NCBI GenBank assembly: GCA_019058015.1 | Contig: JAHLWH010000193.1 | Location: 1 to 28,725 of the forward strand | Reading direction: 5' to 3' | DNA: 28,725 nucleotides | DNA from: Promethearchaeota archaeon | GTDB lineage: Archaea > Asgardarchaeota > Lokiarchaeia > Sigyniarchaeales > SOKP01 | Part shown: positions 9,976 through 18,447 of the stretch, in pieces | How the letters are laid out: each line of letters begins with the position of its first letter | How positions within the stretch are numbered: the stretch's first letter is position 1 | Translations under genes and position numbers: made by a program | Notes under the pieces: model-generated | Told to the model about the DNA's origin: nothing | Database searches by the model: none | Seen by the model: only the letters and a program-made list of their open reading frames with translations

Positions 9976-10098
9976 ATGAAAATGTGGAAAAAAAAATTAG
10001 ATAAGTGGAGAGAAAAGGAAATCACCGCCGAGGAGGCAATTAAAAAAATCGTTCCGGACAATCGTGTATTTATTGGAAATGGTACTTTAGAACCTTAA
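9976..10098 (+). pseudogene. N-terminal fragment (40 aa) of an acetyl-CoA hydrolase/CoA-transferase
   Basis: Read by hand: MKMWKKKLDKWREKEITAEEAIKKIVPDNRVFIGNGTLEP*. Matches the family N-terminus (TAEEAxxxIxxGxRVFxGxGxxEP) and stops 10 nt before the GNAT gene. Confidence 0.7.
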
Positions 10099-10108
10099 GG
10101 TCTTACAT

Positions 10109-10636
10109 ATGAACTATCCCAAGCAGTATGAAACATATTTTTTAACAAAGGACAATAAAAAAATCACTGTACGTCCTTTAAGAACTACAGATGAGCATTT
10201 ATTAAAAGATTTATATTATTCCTTAGACAAACAAAGTATGTATTTCAGGTTTTGTGAAGTAGGTAGGAATTTTTGCGATACTGCAATACAACAAGAGGTA
10301 AACATTGATTATCATAACATATTTTGTATAGGCGCACTCGTAGGAGAGATTTCAAATAAAGAAATGGTCGGAACAGCGGGCTTTTATCTTAATCCAAATA
10401 CTAACACAGCAGAATTTTCCTTCGTTGTGAAAAAATTGTGGAGAAATAAAGGAATAGGACAATATTTGCTGCATCATTTAATTATGATTGCAAAAGAAAA
10501 GGGTATTAAGGGTTTTTACGGAACCATTCATTTTCAAAATAAAAATACGATTCATATTATTAAAAAATCAGGATATACAAAAATAACACCACCCGAAGTT
10601 GGAGAAAAGGAACTATTTTTTGAATTATTTTTTTAA
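10109..10636 (+). CDS. GNAT acetyltransferase (Pat/YfiQ C-terminal-domain type)
   Basis: YP...VRPL...D...LYYSL...YFRF, NIDY, AEFSFVV, acetyl-CoA motif WRNKGIG. Confidence 0.88.
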   Translation: MNYPKQYETYFLTKDNKKITVRPLRTTDEHLLKDLYYSLDKQSMYFRFCEVGRNFCDTAIQQEVNIDYHNIFCIGALVGEISNKEMVGTAGFYLNPNTNTAEFSFVVKKLWRNKGIGQYLLHHLIMIAKEKGIKGFYGTIHFQNKNTIHIIKKSGYTKITPPEVGEKELFFELFF

Positions 10637-10738
10637 AAAGAATAGTTAATTTTTATCTATTTTTTTTAAGTGTATAACTAAAAATTTTTTATTCTCAGAT
10701 TCTTGCGGAATCTACAGCCAATTCCTAGCTTTTTTGAA

Positions 10739-10894
10739 TTAACTGTTGAGATTATAATTTTGCTTTTTAGTTTTCTTGCAGTTTATCCAATTTTTTAGTT
10801 TTCTAAATGGAAATGATATAGTATCAAAAATTGTTCATCCAGTACAAGTAAATTTAGTCTTTTTCAATTCATTTGGGTTAATTTTATTTTCCAT
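10739..10894 (-). other. Small ORF with an in-frame TGA in CxxU context (candidate selenoprotein or decayed gene)
   Basis: AGAGGA ribosome-binding site, then ATG at 10894: MENKINPNELKKTKFTCTG-TGA(10837-10835)-TIFDTISFPFRKLKNWINCKKTKKQNYNLNS-TAA. Confidence 0.35.
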
Positions 10895-11101
10895 ACTGAT
10901 TTAATCCTCTTTTTATTATTAATTTATTTTTTTTATTTTTTCTCTTTCTCCAATTATATTAGGTTTTTATGGTCCATATTTCCTTTCTGATATTTTTTTT
11001 ACTATAATTTCAATTATTTTTACATAATAATTTAATAAACATAAATCTAGTTCTTATATTTAATAAAAATACAATGTATAATTGAAATATAAAAAACATG
11101 G

Positions 11102-11548
11102 ATGAAAATAATGCCGGAAGAGATAAAAACAAAAGTAGGTTTAAAATTGGAAAAAGAAATGATATTTAAATGCGACTTGGGTAAAATGGCACTTAAAGAT
11201 TGCTATATTGACGAAACTAATCAACAAGAAGCAGATATGTGGGGTCCAAATCCATCTAGACTTTTAGGAATGGCTCTTTTGGGGTGTTTAAGTGCGAGTT
11301 TTATTTTTTGTTTAAAAAAAAGAAATTTTTCAATTGATGATTTAAAATCAGAAGCCGAAGTAGTAATTGGGAGGAATAATAGAGGGCTTTTAAGGGTAAA
11401 AAAAGTAAATGTCCATATAATCTCTAAAATTGACGATCCTAAAGCCCGTAAGAGGGCAGATCAATGTAGGAAGATGTTTGAGACTTATTGCACTGTTACC
11501 GCAGCTGTTAGGGACGGGATTGAAGTGAATGTAAATCTTGAATATTAA
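11102..11548 (+). CDS. OsmC/Ohr family protein
   Basis: GPNPxxLLxxALxGC and a second Cys in YCTVT. Start may be at 11111. Confidence 0.88.
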   Translation: MKIMPEEIKTKVGLKLEKEMIFKCDLGKMALKDCYIDETNQQEADMWGPNPSRLLGMALLGCLSASFIFCLKKRNFSIDDLKSEAEVVIGRNNRGLLRVKKVNVHIISKIDDPKARKRADQCRKMFETYCTVTAAVRDGIEVNVNLEY

Positions 11549-11675
11549 TTTTTTTAATTAAATATTTTATTTGTTTTTCTTTTGTTATGGTTTTTTTTTT
11601 TTGTTTAACTCAAGTACAATCTTATTTATTATTAAACAAACATTTAAATATGTAAGCTTACACTTTTTAAATAAT

Positions 11676-11700
11676 GGTTGTCAATCACAGTTTGACAACC
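11676..11700. promoter_or_regulatory. Perfect inverted repeat GGTTGTCAA-N7-TTGACAACC (putative heat-shock repressor operator) just downstream of a TATA-like TTTAAATA
   Basis: Seen directly. Ends 50 nt upstream of the dnaK ATG at 11751 and is comparatively GC-rich in an AT-rich intergenic region. Confidence 0.65.
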
Positions 11701-11750
11701 AAAAATTAACAGACTTTATAAAAATTAAAACTAAAAAAGAGGAAAATAAC

Positions 11751-13631
11751 ATGGGAAAAATAATTGGAATTGACTTGGGAACTTCTAATTCTGCAGCTGC
11801 TGTACTAATTGGGGGAAAGCCCACATTAATTCCGAGCGCTGAAGGACTCACTATTGGAGGTAAAGCTTTTCCTAGTGTAGTTGCCTTCACGAAAGATGGA
11901 CAACGATTAGTAGGAGAACCTGCTCGTAGACAAGCTATTTCTAATCCAGATAGAACCATAACTGCCATTAAACGAAAAATGGGTATGAGTTATAAGGTTA
12001 AAATCGATGGAAAAGATTATTCTCCGCAAGAAATTTCAGCAATGATCTTAAGTAAAATAAAGGAAGATGCGAGTGCCTTTTTAGGAGAAGAAGTAAGTGA
12101 AGCTATTATTACGGTTCCTGCATATTTTAACGATAATCAAAGGCAAGCCACAAAAGACGCCGGTAAAATTGCTGGATTAAACGTAAGAAGATTAATTAAC
12201 GAACCTACTGCTGCTGCCGTATCTTATGGTTTAGATAAGGAAGATATCTGTATTAAAATTGCTGTTCTTGATTTAGGAGGAGGTACATTTGATGTCACTA
12301 TTCTCGAAATGGAAAATAAAGTATTTGAAGTCATTTCCACAGCTGGAGATACTCAATTGGGAGGAACTGACATGGATAGAATTTTAGTAGATTATATTGC
12401 TACAGAATTTCAAAAGGAACAAGGAATTGATGTGAGAAAAGATTCTAAAGCAATGGAAAGGATTAGAGACGCAGCAGAAAAAGGAAAAATTGAGTTATCC
12501 ACGACGCTAACAACTGAAATAAATCTGCCTTACATTACTGCGGATGCAAATGGACCTAAACATTTAAACATGTCCTTAACCAGAGCCAAACTTGAGAGTT
12601 TAATTAGCCCAATTTTAAAAAAATTAGAGATATCTATTAAAAGGGCGTTAAGCGATGCAAACTTACAGTCTTCAAGTATAGATAAGATTCTGTTAGTAGG
12701 AGGGCCTACAAGAATGCCTAGCGTTCAAAAAAAGTTCCAAGAACTTTTTGGAAAGCCTCCAGAACATGGTATTGATCCGATGGAATGTGTTGCTCTGGGT
12801 GCTTCAATACAAGGTGGAATTTTATCTGGTGAAGTTAAGGATTTATTACTCTTAGATGTCACGCCACTCTCTTTGGGTGTCGAAACATTGGGAGGAGTAT
12901 TTACTAAATTAATTGAAAGAAATACGACAATTCCTACGAGAAAAACTGAAGTATTTTCGACAGCGTCAGACAATCAACCTGCAGTTGAAATTCATGTACT
13001 TCAAGGTGAAAGACCAATGGCTGCTGATAATATTACTTTAGGGACATTTCATTTAACTGGGATACCACCAGCTCTGAGAGGGGTGCCACAAATAGAGGTG
13101 ACATTTGACATCGATGAAAATGGCATTTTAAATGTAACAGCAAAAGACAAGGGTACTGGAAAACAAACTGGAATTACTATTACTGCTTCTACAAAGATGT
13201 CTGAATCAGAAATAAATGCAAAAATCAGAGAAGCCGAGAAATATGCTGAGGAAGATAAGAAAACCAAAGAATTAATGTCTTTAAAAAACCAAGCGGAATC
13301 TCTAATATATCAAACCGAGAAAATTATGAAAGAACACGAAGATAAAATCGGGGACTTAAAAACAACTATTGAACAAAAAGTTTTAGCGTTGAAGGGAGCT
13401 TATGAAGGAGAAGATCCTTCAAGGATTAAAAACGCAATGGAAGATTTACAAACTGCTTTACATCAAGTTTCAGCGAGGATTTATAGTCAAAATCAGACTT
13501 ATAAAGGTTATCCTGGTGGTTCATGCGGAATACCGCAAGATGATAGACCAGAATATGAAAAACAAGCTGAACAATATCGAAAAGCTTCTGGACAAGACGA
13601 TATAGTAGATACAGATTATGAAGCAGCCTAA
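11751..13631 (+). CDS. dnaK: Chaperone DnaK (Hsp70), 626 aa
   Basis: [11 protein letters not shown] after a GAGG ribosome-binding site, [24 protein letters not shown], linker [16 protein letters not shown]. Lacks the diderm N-terminal insert and carries the [15 protein letters not shown] insert. The ORF-track start at 11571 is too far upstream. Confidence 0.97.
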   Translation: MGKIIGIDLGTSNSAAAVLIGGKPTLIPSAEGLTIGGKAFPSVVAFTKDGQRLVGEPARRQAISNPDRTITAIKRKMGMSYKVKIDGKDYSPQEISAMILSKIKEDASAFLGEEVSEAIITVPAYFNDNQRQATKDAGKIAGLNVRRLINEPTAAAVSYGLDKEDICIKIAVLDLGGGTFDVTILEMENKVFEVISTAGDTQLGGTDMDRILVDYIATEFQKEQGIDVRKDSKAMERIRDAAEKGKIELSTTLTTEINLPYITADANGPKHLNMSLTRAKLESLISPILKKLEISIKRALSDANLQSSSIDKILLVGGPTRMPSVQKKFQELFGKPPEHGIDPMECVALGASIQGGILSGEVKDLLLLDVTPLSLGVETLGGVFTKLIERNTTIPTRKTEVFSTASDNQPAVEIHVLQGERPMAADNITLGTFHLTGIPPALRGVPQIEVTFDIDENGILNVTAKDKGTGKQTGITITASTKMSESEINAKIREAEKYAEEDKKTKELMSLKNQAESLIYQTEKIMKEHEDKIGDLKTTIEQKVLALKGAYEGEDPSRIKNAMEDLQTALHQVSARIYSQNQTYKGYPGGSCGIPQDDRPEYEKQAEQYRKASGQDDIVDTDYEAA

Positions 13632-13640
13632 AATAAAAAT

Positions 13641-13671
13641 ATTTGTTTTTTTTTTAATATTTTTTTTTTTT
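13641..13671 (+). terminator. Oligo-T tracts after dnaK (possible archaeal intrinsic terminator or attenuator before dnaJ)
   Basis: Two runs of 10 or more T right after the dnaK stop. Similar T-tracts follow rbr, dfx, osmC and iscU. Confidence 0.4.
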
Positions 13672-13699
13672 AAAATTAAGAGATGTGCTGGGGTGAATA

Positions 13700-14707
13700 A
13701 TGCTGCCAAAGAAAAATTATTATAAAATTTTAGGAATAGATAAAAGCGCTACTAAGGAAGAAATAAAACGCGCTTTCCGAAAAATGGCAAGAAAATATCA
13801 CCCTGATGTAAATCCAGACGAACCAAAATCTGGAGAAAAATTTAAAGAAATTAATGAAGCTTATAGCATCTTGAACGATGATAAAAAGAGGGAGATGTAC
13901 GATAAATTTGGAGTAGTAGATGGTGATCGCTCAACATATTATCAATCTACCCCTGGTAGTAGTCGTTCAAATTTTAATAGAACTCCTGACGGAACTTATG
14001 TATATACTAGCTCCGGAAATCCTAGAGATTTTAGCGAATTTTTCAAAAGTATGGGAAGTTCGGGGAGATTCTCAGGATCTAATTTCGATTTCTTTAATGA
14101 TTTAGGAGATATATTTGATGTTTTTTCAAATAAAAGAAGTGGTAGTACAAGAACAAGGGTAAGACCAAATATCCCTCGAGAAGGTGAGGATTTGAGATAT
14201 GATATGGAAGTTAATTTTATGGAAGCATTTTATGGGGGTACTAGAAAGGTTCAATATATAGATCCTGCTACTAATAAAAAAACTACCCTATCAATAAAAA
14301 TTCCTAGAGGAGTACATGATAATCAGAAATTAAGACTTAAAGGTAAAGGTATGCCGGGAGAATATGGTGGTCCAAATGGCGACCTTTATATAGTAATTCA
14401 CATTGAGAATCATACAATTTTTGAAAGAAGAACCAATGATCTCTATATCGAAAAAGAAATACCCTTCTCAGTTGCAACATTAGGGGGAAAAATTAAAGTT
14501 CCTAAAATCGATGGGGGCACTTTAAATGTAAATATTCCTTCAAGAACTCAACATTATGCCACTCTTAGATTAAAAAATCAAGGATTTTATAAATTGAATT
14601 CAGATCAAAGAGGTGATTTATTGGTGAAAGTAAAAATTAATGTTCCCAAAAAATTAACGGGAGAACAGAAAGAATTATTATTAAAATTAAAAAATTTAGG
14701 GTTATAA
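13700..14707 (+). CDS. dnaJ: Class B J-domain protein (DnaJ/CbpA-like, no zinc finger)
   Basis: J domain with HPD, G/F-rich region with DIFD, C-terminal domains (GEDL, LKGKG...GDLY, RGDL), no CxxCxGxG repeats. GGTGA ribosome-binding site. Confidence 0.9.
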   Translation: MLPKKNYYKILGIDKSATKEEIKRAFRKMARKYHPDVNPDEPKSGEKFKEINEAYSILNDDKKREMYDKFGVVDGDRSTYYQSTPGSSRSNFNRTPDGTYVYTSSGNPRDFSEFFKSMGSSGRFSGSNFDFFNDLGDIFDVFSNKRSGSTRTRVRPNIPREGEDLRYDMEVNFMEAFYGGTRKVQYIDPATNKKTTLSIKIPRGVHDNQKLRLKGKGMPGEYGGPNGDLYIVIHIENHTIFERRTNDLYIEKEIPFSVATLGGKIKVPKIDGGTLNVNIPSRTQHYATLRLKNQGFYKLNSDQRGDLLVKVKINVPKKLTGEQKELLLKLKNLGL

Positions 14708-14718
14708 AGTGATGTAAA

Positions 14719-14904
14719 ATGATGAGATTTGATAGTTTTTCAATAAAATTGCAAGAAGCTTTTGTTGAAGTTAAATCTCTAGCGGAATCAAAAGATCATC
14801 AACAACTTGAACCAACTCATTTATAAATTGCTCTTTAAAAACAACCTGATGGAGTAATTGCCACTTATTCTGCATTTGAATATCTAAAAAAAAGTGAAAA
14901 TTGA
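14719..14904 (+). pseudogene. clpB: Remnant of the ClpB N-terminal domain
   Basis: Read by hand: MMRFDSFSIKLQEAFVEVKSLAESKDHQQLEPTHL*IAL*KQPDGVIA... It resembles the ClpB N-terminus (MRxDxxTxKxQxAL..AQSLA...HQ.xEPxHLxxALLxQxxG), with TAA at 14824-26 and 14836-38. The rest of the gene is absent. Confidence 0.78.
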
Positions 14905-14915
14905 ATACTAAATAT

Positions 14916-16247
14916 TCAAGGGAATAAAAAAATAATTATTATAATATAACCAATCGCCAATAATAAATGAATTAAAGCAAACATACCTCCAATTTTTGTT
15001 AATTTTTTGTAATTCATTCCAGGAACGCACTCTTTCGTTGCCAATTCTAAGGTCATCATATCACAACCAGATCCTTGAGGTAAGAAATTTCCACCGATAT
15101 TAATTCCAGTGATAAATGCAATCAATAGAGGAATTGCATTAACCCCTTCGATGCCAATAAGAATTTCCACAATTGGTATAAACATAATAGTAACAGGTGC
15201 GTTATCCATAAAACCAGATAATAAGCTCGTTATAATTAAAATCATTAAGCACAGTAGAAAAAGATTATCAGTTGTCATTTGAACAAAGAAATCTTCAATG
15301 AATTTGATTGTCCCGTTCAATTCCATTAGATAAACTAATATAAACAAACATATAAAGAAAAAAATTAGTTTATAATCAACTTTACGCAAATAATGTGATA
15401 CATTTCGACGGGATTTTCCTTTCTTATCCTTAACAGGATTCAATAATACAAAAATTACTAATCCAATTAATCCTGCAATAAGAATATTAGGAATTATAAT
15501 TAATAAAATAATAAGAATGATAAAACCATAAAAATTCTTCTTAAATGTTTTATCATCAACCTTAATTTGTTGAAGAACTTCTTTTCGTTCAATATCCTCA
15601 CACATGCCTGGAGTTGGATGCTTAATTTCTTTTGTGAGTACGAATTGATCTAATAAAAATAAAGTTAAAGCAGTCGAAATCACAAAAAAAAGTCCTAAAT
15701 TTACAATAAACCATAATGTAGATAAATTAAAATGATTAGCAATTAAAATATTTTCAGCAGAACCGAATGGTGTTAAGGTAGACGCCAAATTAATACATAT
15801 TGTCATTCCCAATAAGAACGGAGTAGAATTTATTTCAAGTTCCTGACAAGATAGAATAATGATCGGGACAAAAATAATTGCTACTGATAAATCTTCAATA
15901 AAAGCTGCAGTTAAAGTTGATATTATACAAATTATATAGAATAGCTTTCTTAAATTTGATTTATATCGATTAACAAGTCGTCTTGCAAGCTCGTGAAAAA
16001 ATCCATTTTCTTTTAGAATTTCTACAATACAGAAAAATGTTATTAAAAAAAAAATGATTTCCCATTCTATTGCAGTAAAATAATTCTCTAAATCTTGAGC
16101 TTCAGGTATAAAAATTGCCGTGAACAATCCAGCCACAACAATAATAGCTATTGAGTATATTAAATAATCTAGTTTCTCGAAAAATAATACTATCACTAAA
16201 ACAATGAAACAAATTATTACTACTATTTGTAAAAGTGCATTAGTCAT
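14916..16247 (-). CDS. ArsB/NhaD/SLC13 (ion transporter superfamily) permease
   Basis: Repeated motifs TAAFIED / SGFMDNAP, NLASTLTPFGSAENI and NIGGNFLPQGS. About 11-13 TM segments. Confidence 0.88.
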   Translation of the reverse strand: MTNALLQIVVIICFIVLVIVLFFEKLDYLIYSIAIIVVAGLFTAIFIPEAQDLENYFTAIEWEIIFFLITFFCIVEILKENGFFHELARRLVNRYKSNLRKLFYIICIISTLTAAFIEDLSVAIIFVPIIILSCQELEINSTPFLLGMTICINLASTLTPFGSAENILIANHFNLSTLWFIVNLGLFFVISTALTLFLLDQFVLTKEIKHPTPGMCEDIERKEVLQQIKVDDKTFKKNFYGFIILIILLIIIPNILIAGLIGLVIFVLLNPVKDKKGKSRRNVSHYLRKVDYKLIFFFICLFILVYLMELNGTIKFIEDFFVQMTTDNLFLLCLMILIITSLLSGFMDNAPVTIMFIPIVEILIGIEGVNAIPLLIAFITGINIGGNFLPQGSGCDMMTLELATKECVPGMNYKKLTKIGGMFALIHLLLAIGYIIIIIFLFP

Positions 16248-16564
16248 AATCGCATTGATTTAAAAGAATAATATTAAATAACTAAGAATATCATACATTT
16301 AAGACTTTATCTTAAAAAGTTATAAATTAACAAATCTCGAATTTGATAGATATTAATCATCATTTTGCTTGAAATTTATATATTATAAAATTCATTCCTA
16401 AAGTATTTATTGTAGTATTTCAAAATACAAATATTTTCATTAAAAAATAATAAGAATATTTAAGTTTCTTCTGGTTATAATTTATTTAAGGATTAGAATT
16501 TATTAATAAATCCTTTCTAATTTGGAATTTAAATATTTTAAATTTGCATTAGGAGTCTCGTAAA

Positions 16565-16816
16565 ATGAAAAGTGAAGAAAATAAAGAAATTGACGAAGAA
16601 TTAGATACAAGAGGATTGTATTGTCCTGAACCCTTATTTGAAGTTAGAAATTTATACGAAACACTTGAAGATGGTCAAAGTTTCAAAGTTATAGCAGATG
16701 ATCCTGCCGCTGATGAAGATTTGCATAGGTGGGCAAAAAGGACTGGTGCCGAGATCTTAGATTTTAGAAAGGAGGATAATGATTTAATATTTGTCTTTAA
16801 AAAACCAATAAAATAA
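16565..16816 (+). CDS. tusA: TusA/SirA family sulfur carrier
   Basis: LDTRGLYCPEP (CPxP persulfide Cys) and ADDPAA..D...W. Confidence 0.92.
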   Translation: MKSEENKEIDEELDTRGLYCPEPLFEVRNLYETLEDGQSFKVIADDPAADEDLHRWAKRTGAEILDFRKEDNDLIFVFKKPIK

Positions 16817-16829
16817 TGGAGGGAAAGAA

Positions 16830-17192
16830 ATGAGTGAGAAAAAGTTTATATTATATGTTCAAACCAGCGACAATCCTGAAAAACAATATTCTCCATTAGT
16901 TTTAGCTCAAACGGCTAAGGCTATGGATATTGATGCAAAAGTATATTATTTAGGTACAGGATTACGAATACTAAAGCCTGGAGAAGCGGATAGAATAAAA
17001 CTAGGAGAATTCCCATCTGTGAAAGAAATGCTAGACAAGACTCTTGAAGCTGGTGTTGAGATTTTAGTTTGTGAAGCTTCAAAAAGAATGTTAGGATTGG
17101 ATAAAGTTGAATTAATATCAGGAACAAAAATTGTTGGAGCTGCTACTCTAAACGATTTAGTTTTAGAAGCAGATGCTACTATGTGGTTTTAA
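16830..17192 (+). CDS. DsrE/DsrF-like sulfur relay protein
   Basis: 120 aa, with LA.TAKAM, YYLGTG, conserved Cys in GVEILVCEAS, and VGAATL. Confidence 0.85.
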   Translation: MSEKKFILYVQTSDNPEKQYSPLVLAQTAKAMDIDAKVYYLGTGLRILKPGEADRIKLGEFPSVKEMLDKTLEAGVEILVCEASKRMLGLDKVELISGTKIVGAATLNDLVLEADATMWF

Positions 17193-17252
17193 CGTTTAAA
17201 AAATACAAATTAAATTATTTTCAAAAATCAAAGTGGAGGAAAAATTGATAAA

Positions 17253-18446
17253 ATGAGTGTATATTTAGATTATCAAGCAGCTAAACCAGTTGATCCAAGG
17301 GTTCTATCTGCAATGAGACCATATTATAATAAAATTTTTGCAAATCCCGCATCTCTACATTTTGATGGAGATGATGCTACCAATGCCTTAAAAGAATCGC
17401 GTCAAAAAATTGCGGATTTCATTAATGCTCCAAGTCCAGATAGTATAATATTTACATCTAGTGCAACGGAAGCCAGTAATTTAGGACTAATTGGTGCGGC
17501 TTTAAATAGAAAAAGAAAGGGAAATCATATTATAATTTCTGAGATTGAGCATATTTCGATATTAAATATTGGAAAATACTTAGAAAGACAAGGTTTTGAA
17601 GTTTCAAGGGTTGGTGTTGATAAATTTGGTGTCATCAATATAGAAAAATTAAAACGTTTAATTAGAGAGAATACAATTCTAATTTCAATTACCTCTGCTA
17701 GTAATGAAGTAGGATCTCTCCAACCCATAGCGGAGATTAGCGAGATAGCACAAGAAAAAGGTATTTTGTTTCACACAGATGCTGTAGCAATTGAAAATGT
17801 TATTCCTATTGATGTGCAAAATGTTCCGGTAGATTTAATGACTTTTTCTTCAAACGATATTTATGGACCTCGGGGTGTTGGTGCGTTATACTTAAAAAAA
17901 GGAGTGAAAGTGAATCCTATTATTATAGGAGGTGGTCAAGAAAGAGGTATGAGATCAGGCTCCGAAAATATGCAAGATATTGTGGGATTTGGTAAAGCAG
18001 CTGAAATTATGAAACTAGAAATAAATCAAGAGGCAAACCGTTTGAAAGGTTTTAAAGATAAGCTCATTTCGGAGGTTTTATCGTCAATACCTAAATCTTA
18101 TTTAAATGGCCATCCCGACAAAAGGCTTCCCAGTAATGCTCATTTTAGATTTGAATATATTGAAGGTGAATCATTAATCTTATCATTAAGAGATCAAAAT
18201 GTATCTGCAGCAACAGGGTCTGCTTGCAGTTCTAAAACTTTAGAGCCATCCCACACACTTATCGCAATGGGATTACTACATGAAGAAGCTCACGGTAGTT
18301 TACTTATCTCAATGGGTCGATACACAAAAGAATCCGATATTGATAAAGTTGTAGAAGTATTACCTGATATTGTTAAAAAATTAAGAATTTTATCTCCGTT
18401 AACTCCTCCTGATTTATTAAAAAAATATAATGAGGTAAAAAAATAA
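17253..18446 (+). CDS. iscS: IscS/NifS-like cysteine desulfurase homolog with the catalytic Lys replaced by Asp
   Basis: YLD, NPAS, EH, HTDA, GGGQERG.RSG and TGSACSS (Cys325). SSNDIYGP replaces SxHKxYGP, and SLLIS replaces SLRFS. Confidence 0.92.
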   Translation: MSVYLDYQAAKPVDPRVLSAMRPYYNKIFANPASLHFDGDDATNALKESRQKIADFINAPSPDSIIFTSSATEASNLGLIGAALNRKRKGNHIIISEIEHISILNIGKYLERQGFEVSRVGVDKFGVINIEKLKRLIRENTILISITSASNEVGSLQPIAEISEIAQEKGILFHTDAVAIENVIPIDVQNVPVDLMTFSSNDIYGPRGVGALYLKKGVKVNPIIIGGGQERGMRSGSENMQDIVGFGKAAEIMKLEINQEANRLKGFKDKLISEVLSSIPKSYLNGHPDKRLPSNAHFRFEYIEGESLILSLRDQNVSAATGSACSSKTLEPSHTLIAMGLLHEEAHGSLLISMGRYTKESDIDKVVEVLPDIVKKLRILSPLTPPDLLKKYNEVKK

Positions 18447-18447
18447 T

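Noticed and set aside
10954-10977. Minus-strand mini-ORF MDHKNLI* with an AAAGGA ribosome-binding site upstream of the CxxU ORF
   Set aside because: Too short to distinguish from chance.
11608-11614. ACTCAAG, half of a HAIR (HspR) operator upstream of dnaK
   Set aside because: The other arm (CTTGAGT) is missing, and no hspR gene is present.
11571-11750. 60-aa N-terminal extension of DnaK in the ORF track (looks like a signal or TM peptide)
   Set aside because: It comes from poly-T terminator and promoter sequence and contains the TATA box and operator. The canonical [11 protein letters not shown] start at 11751 has its own ribosome-binding site.
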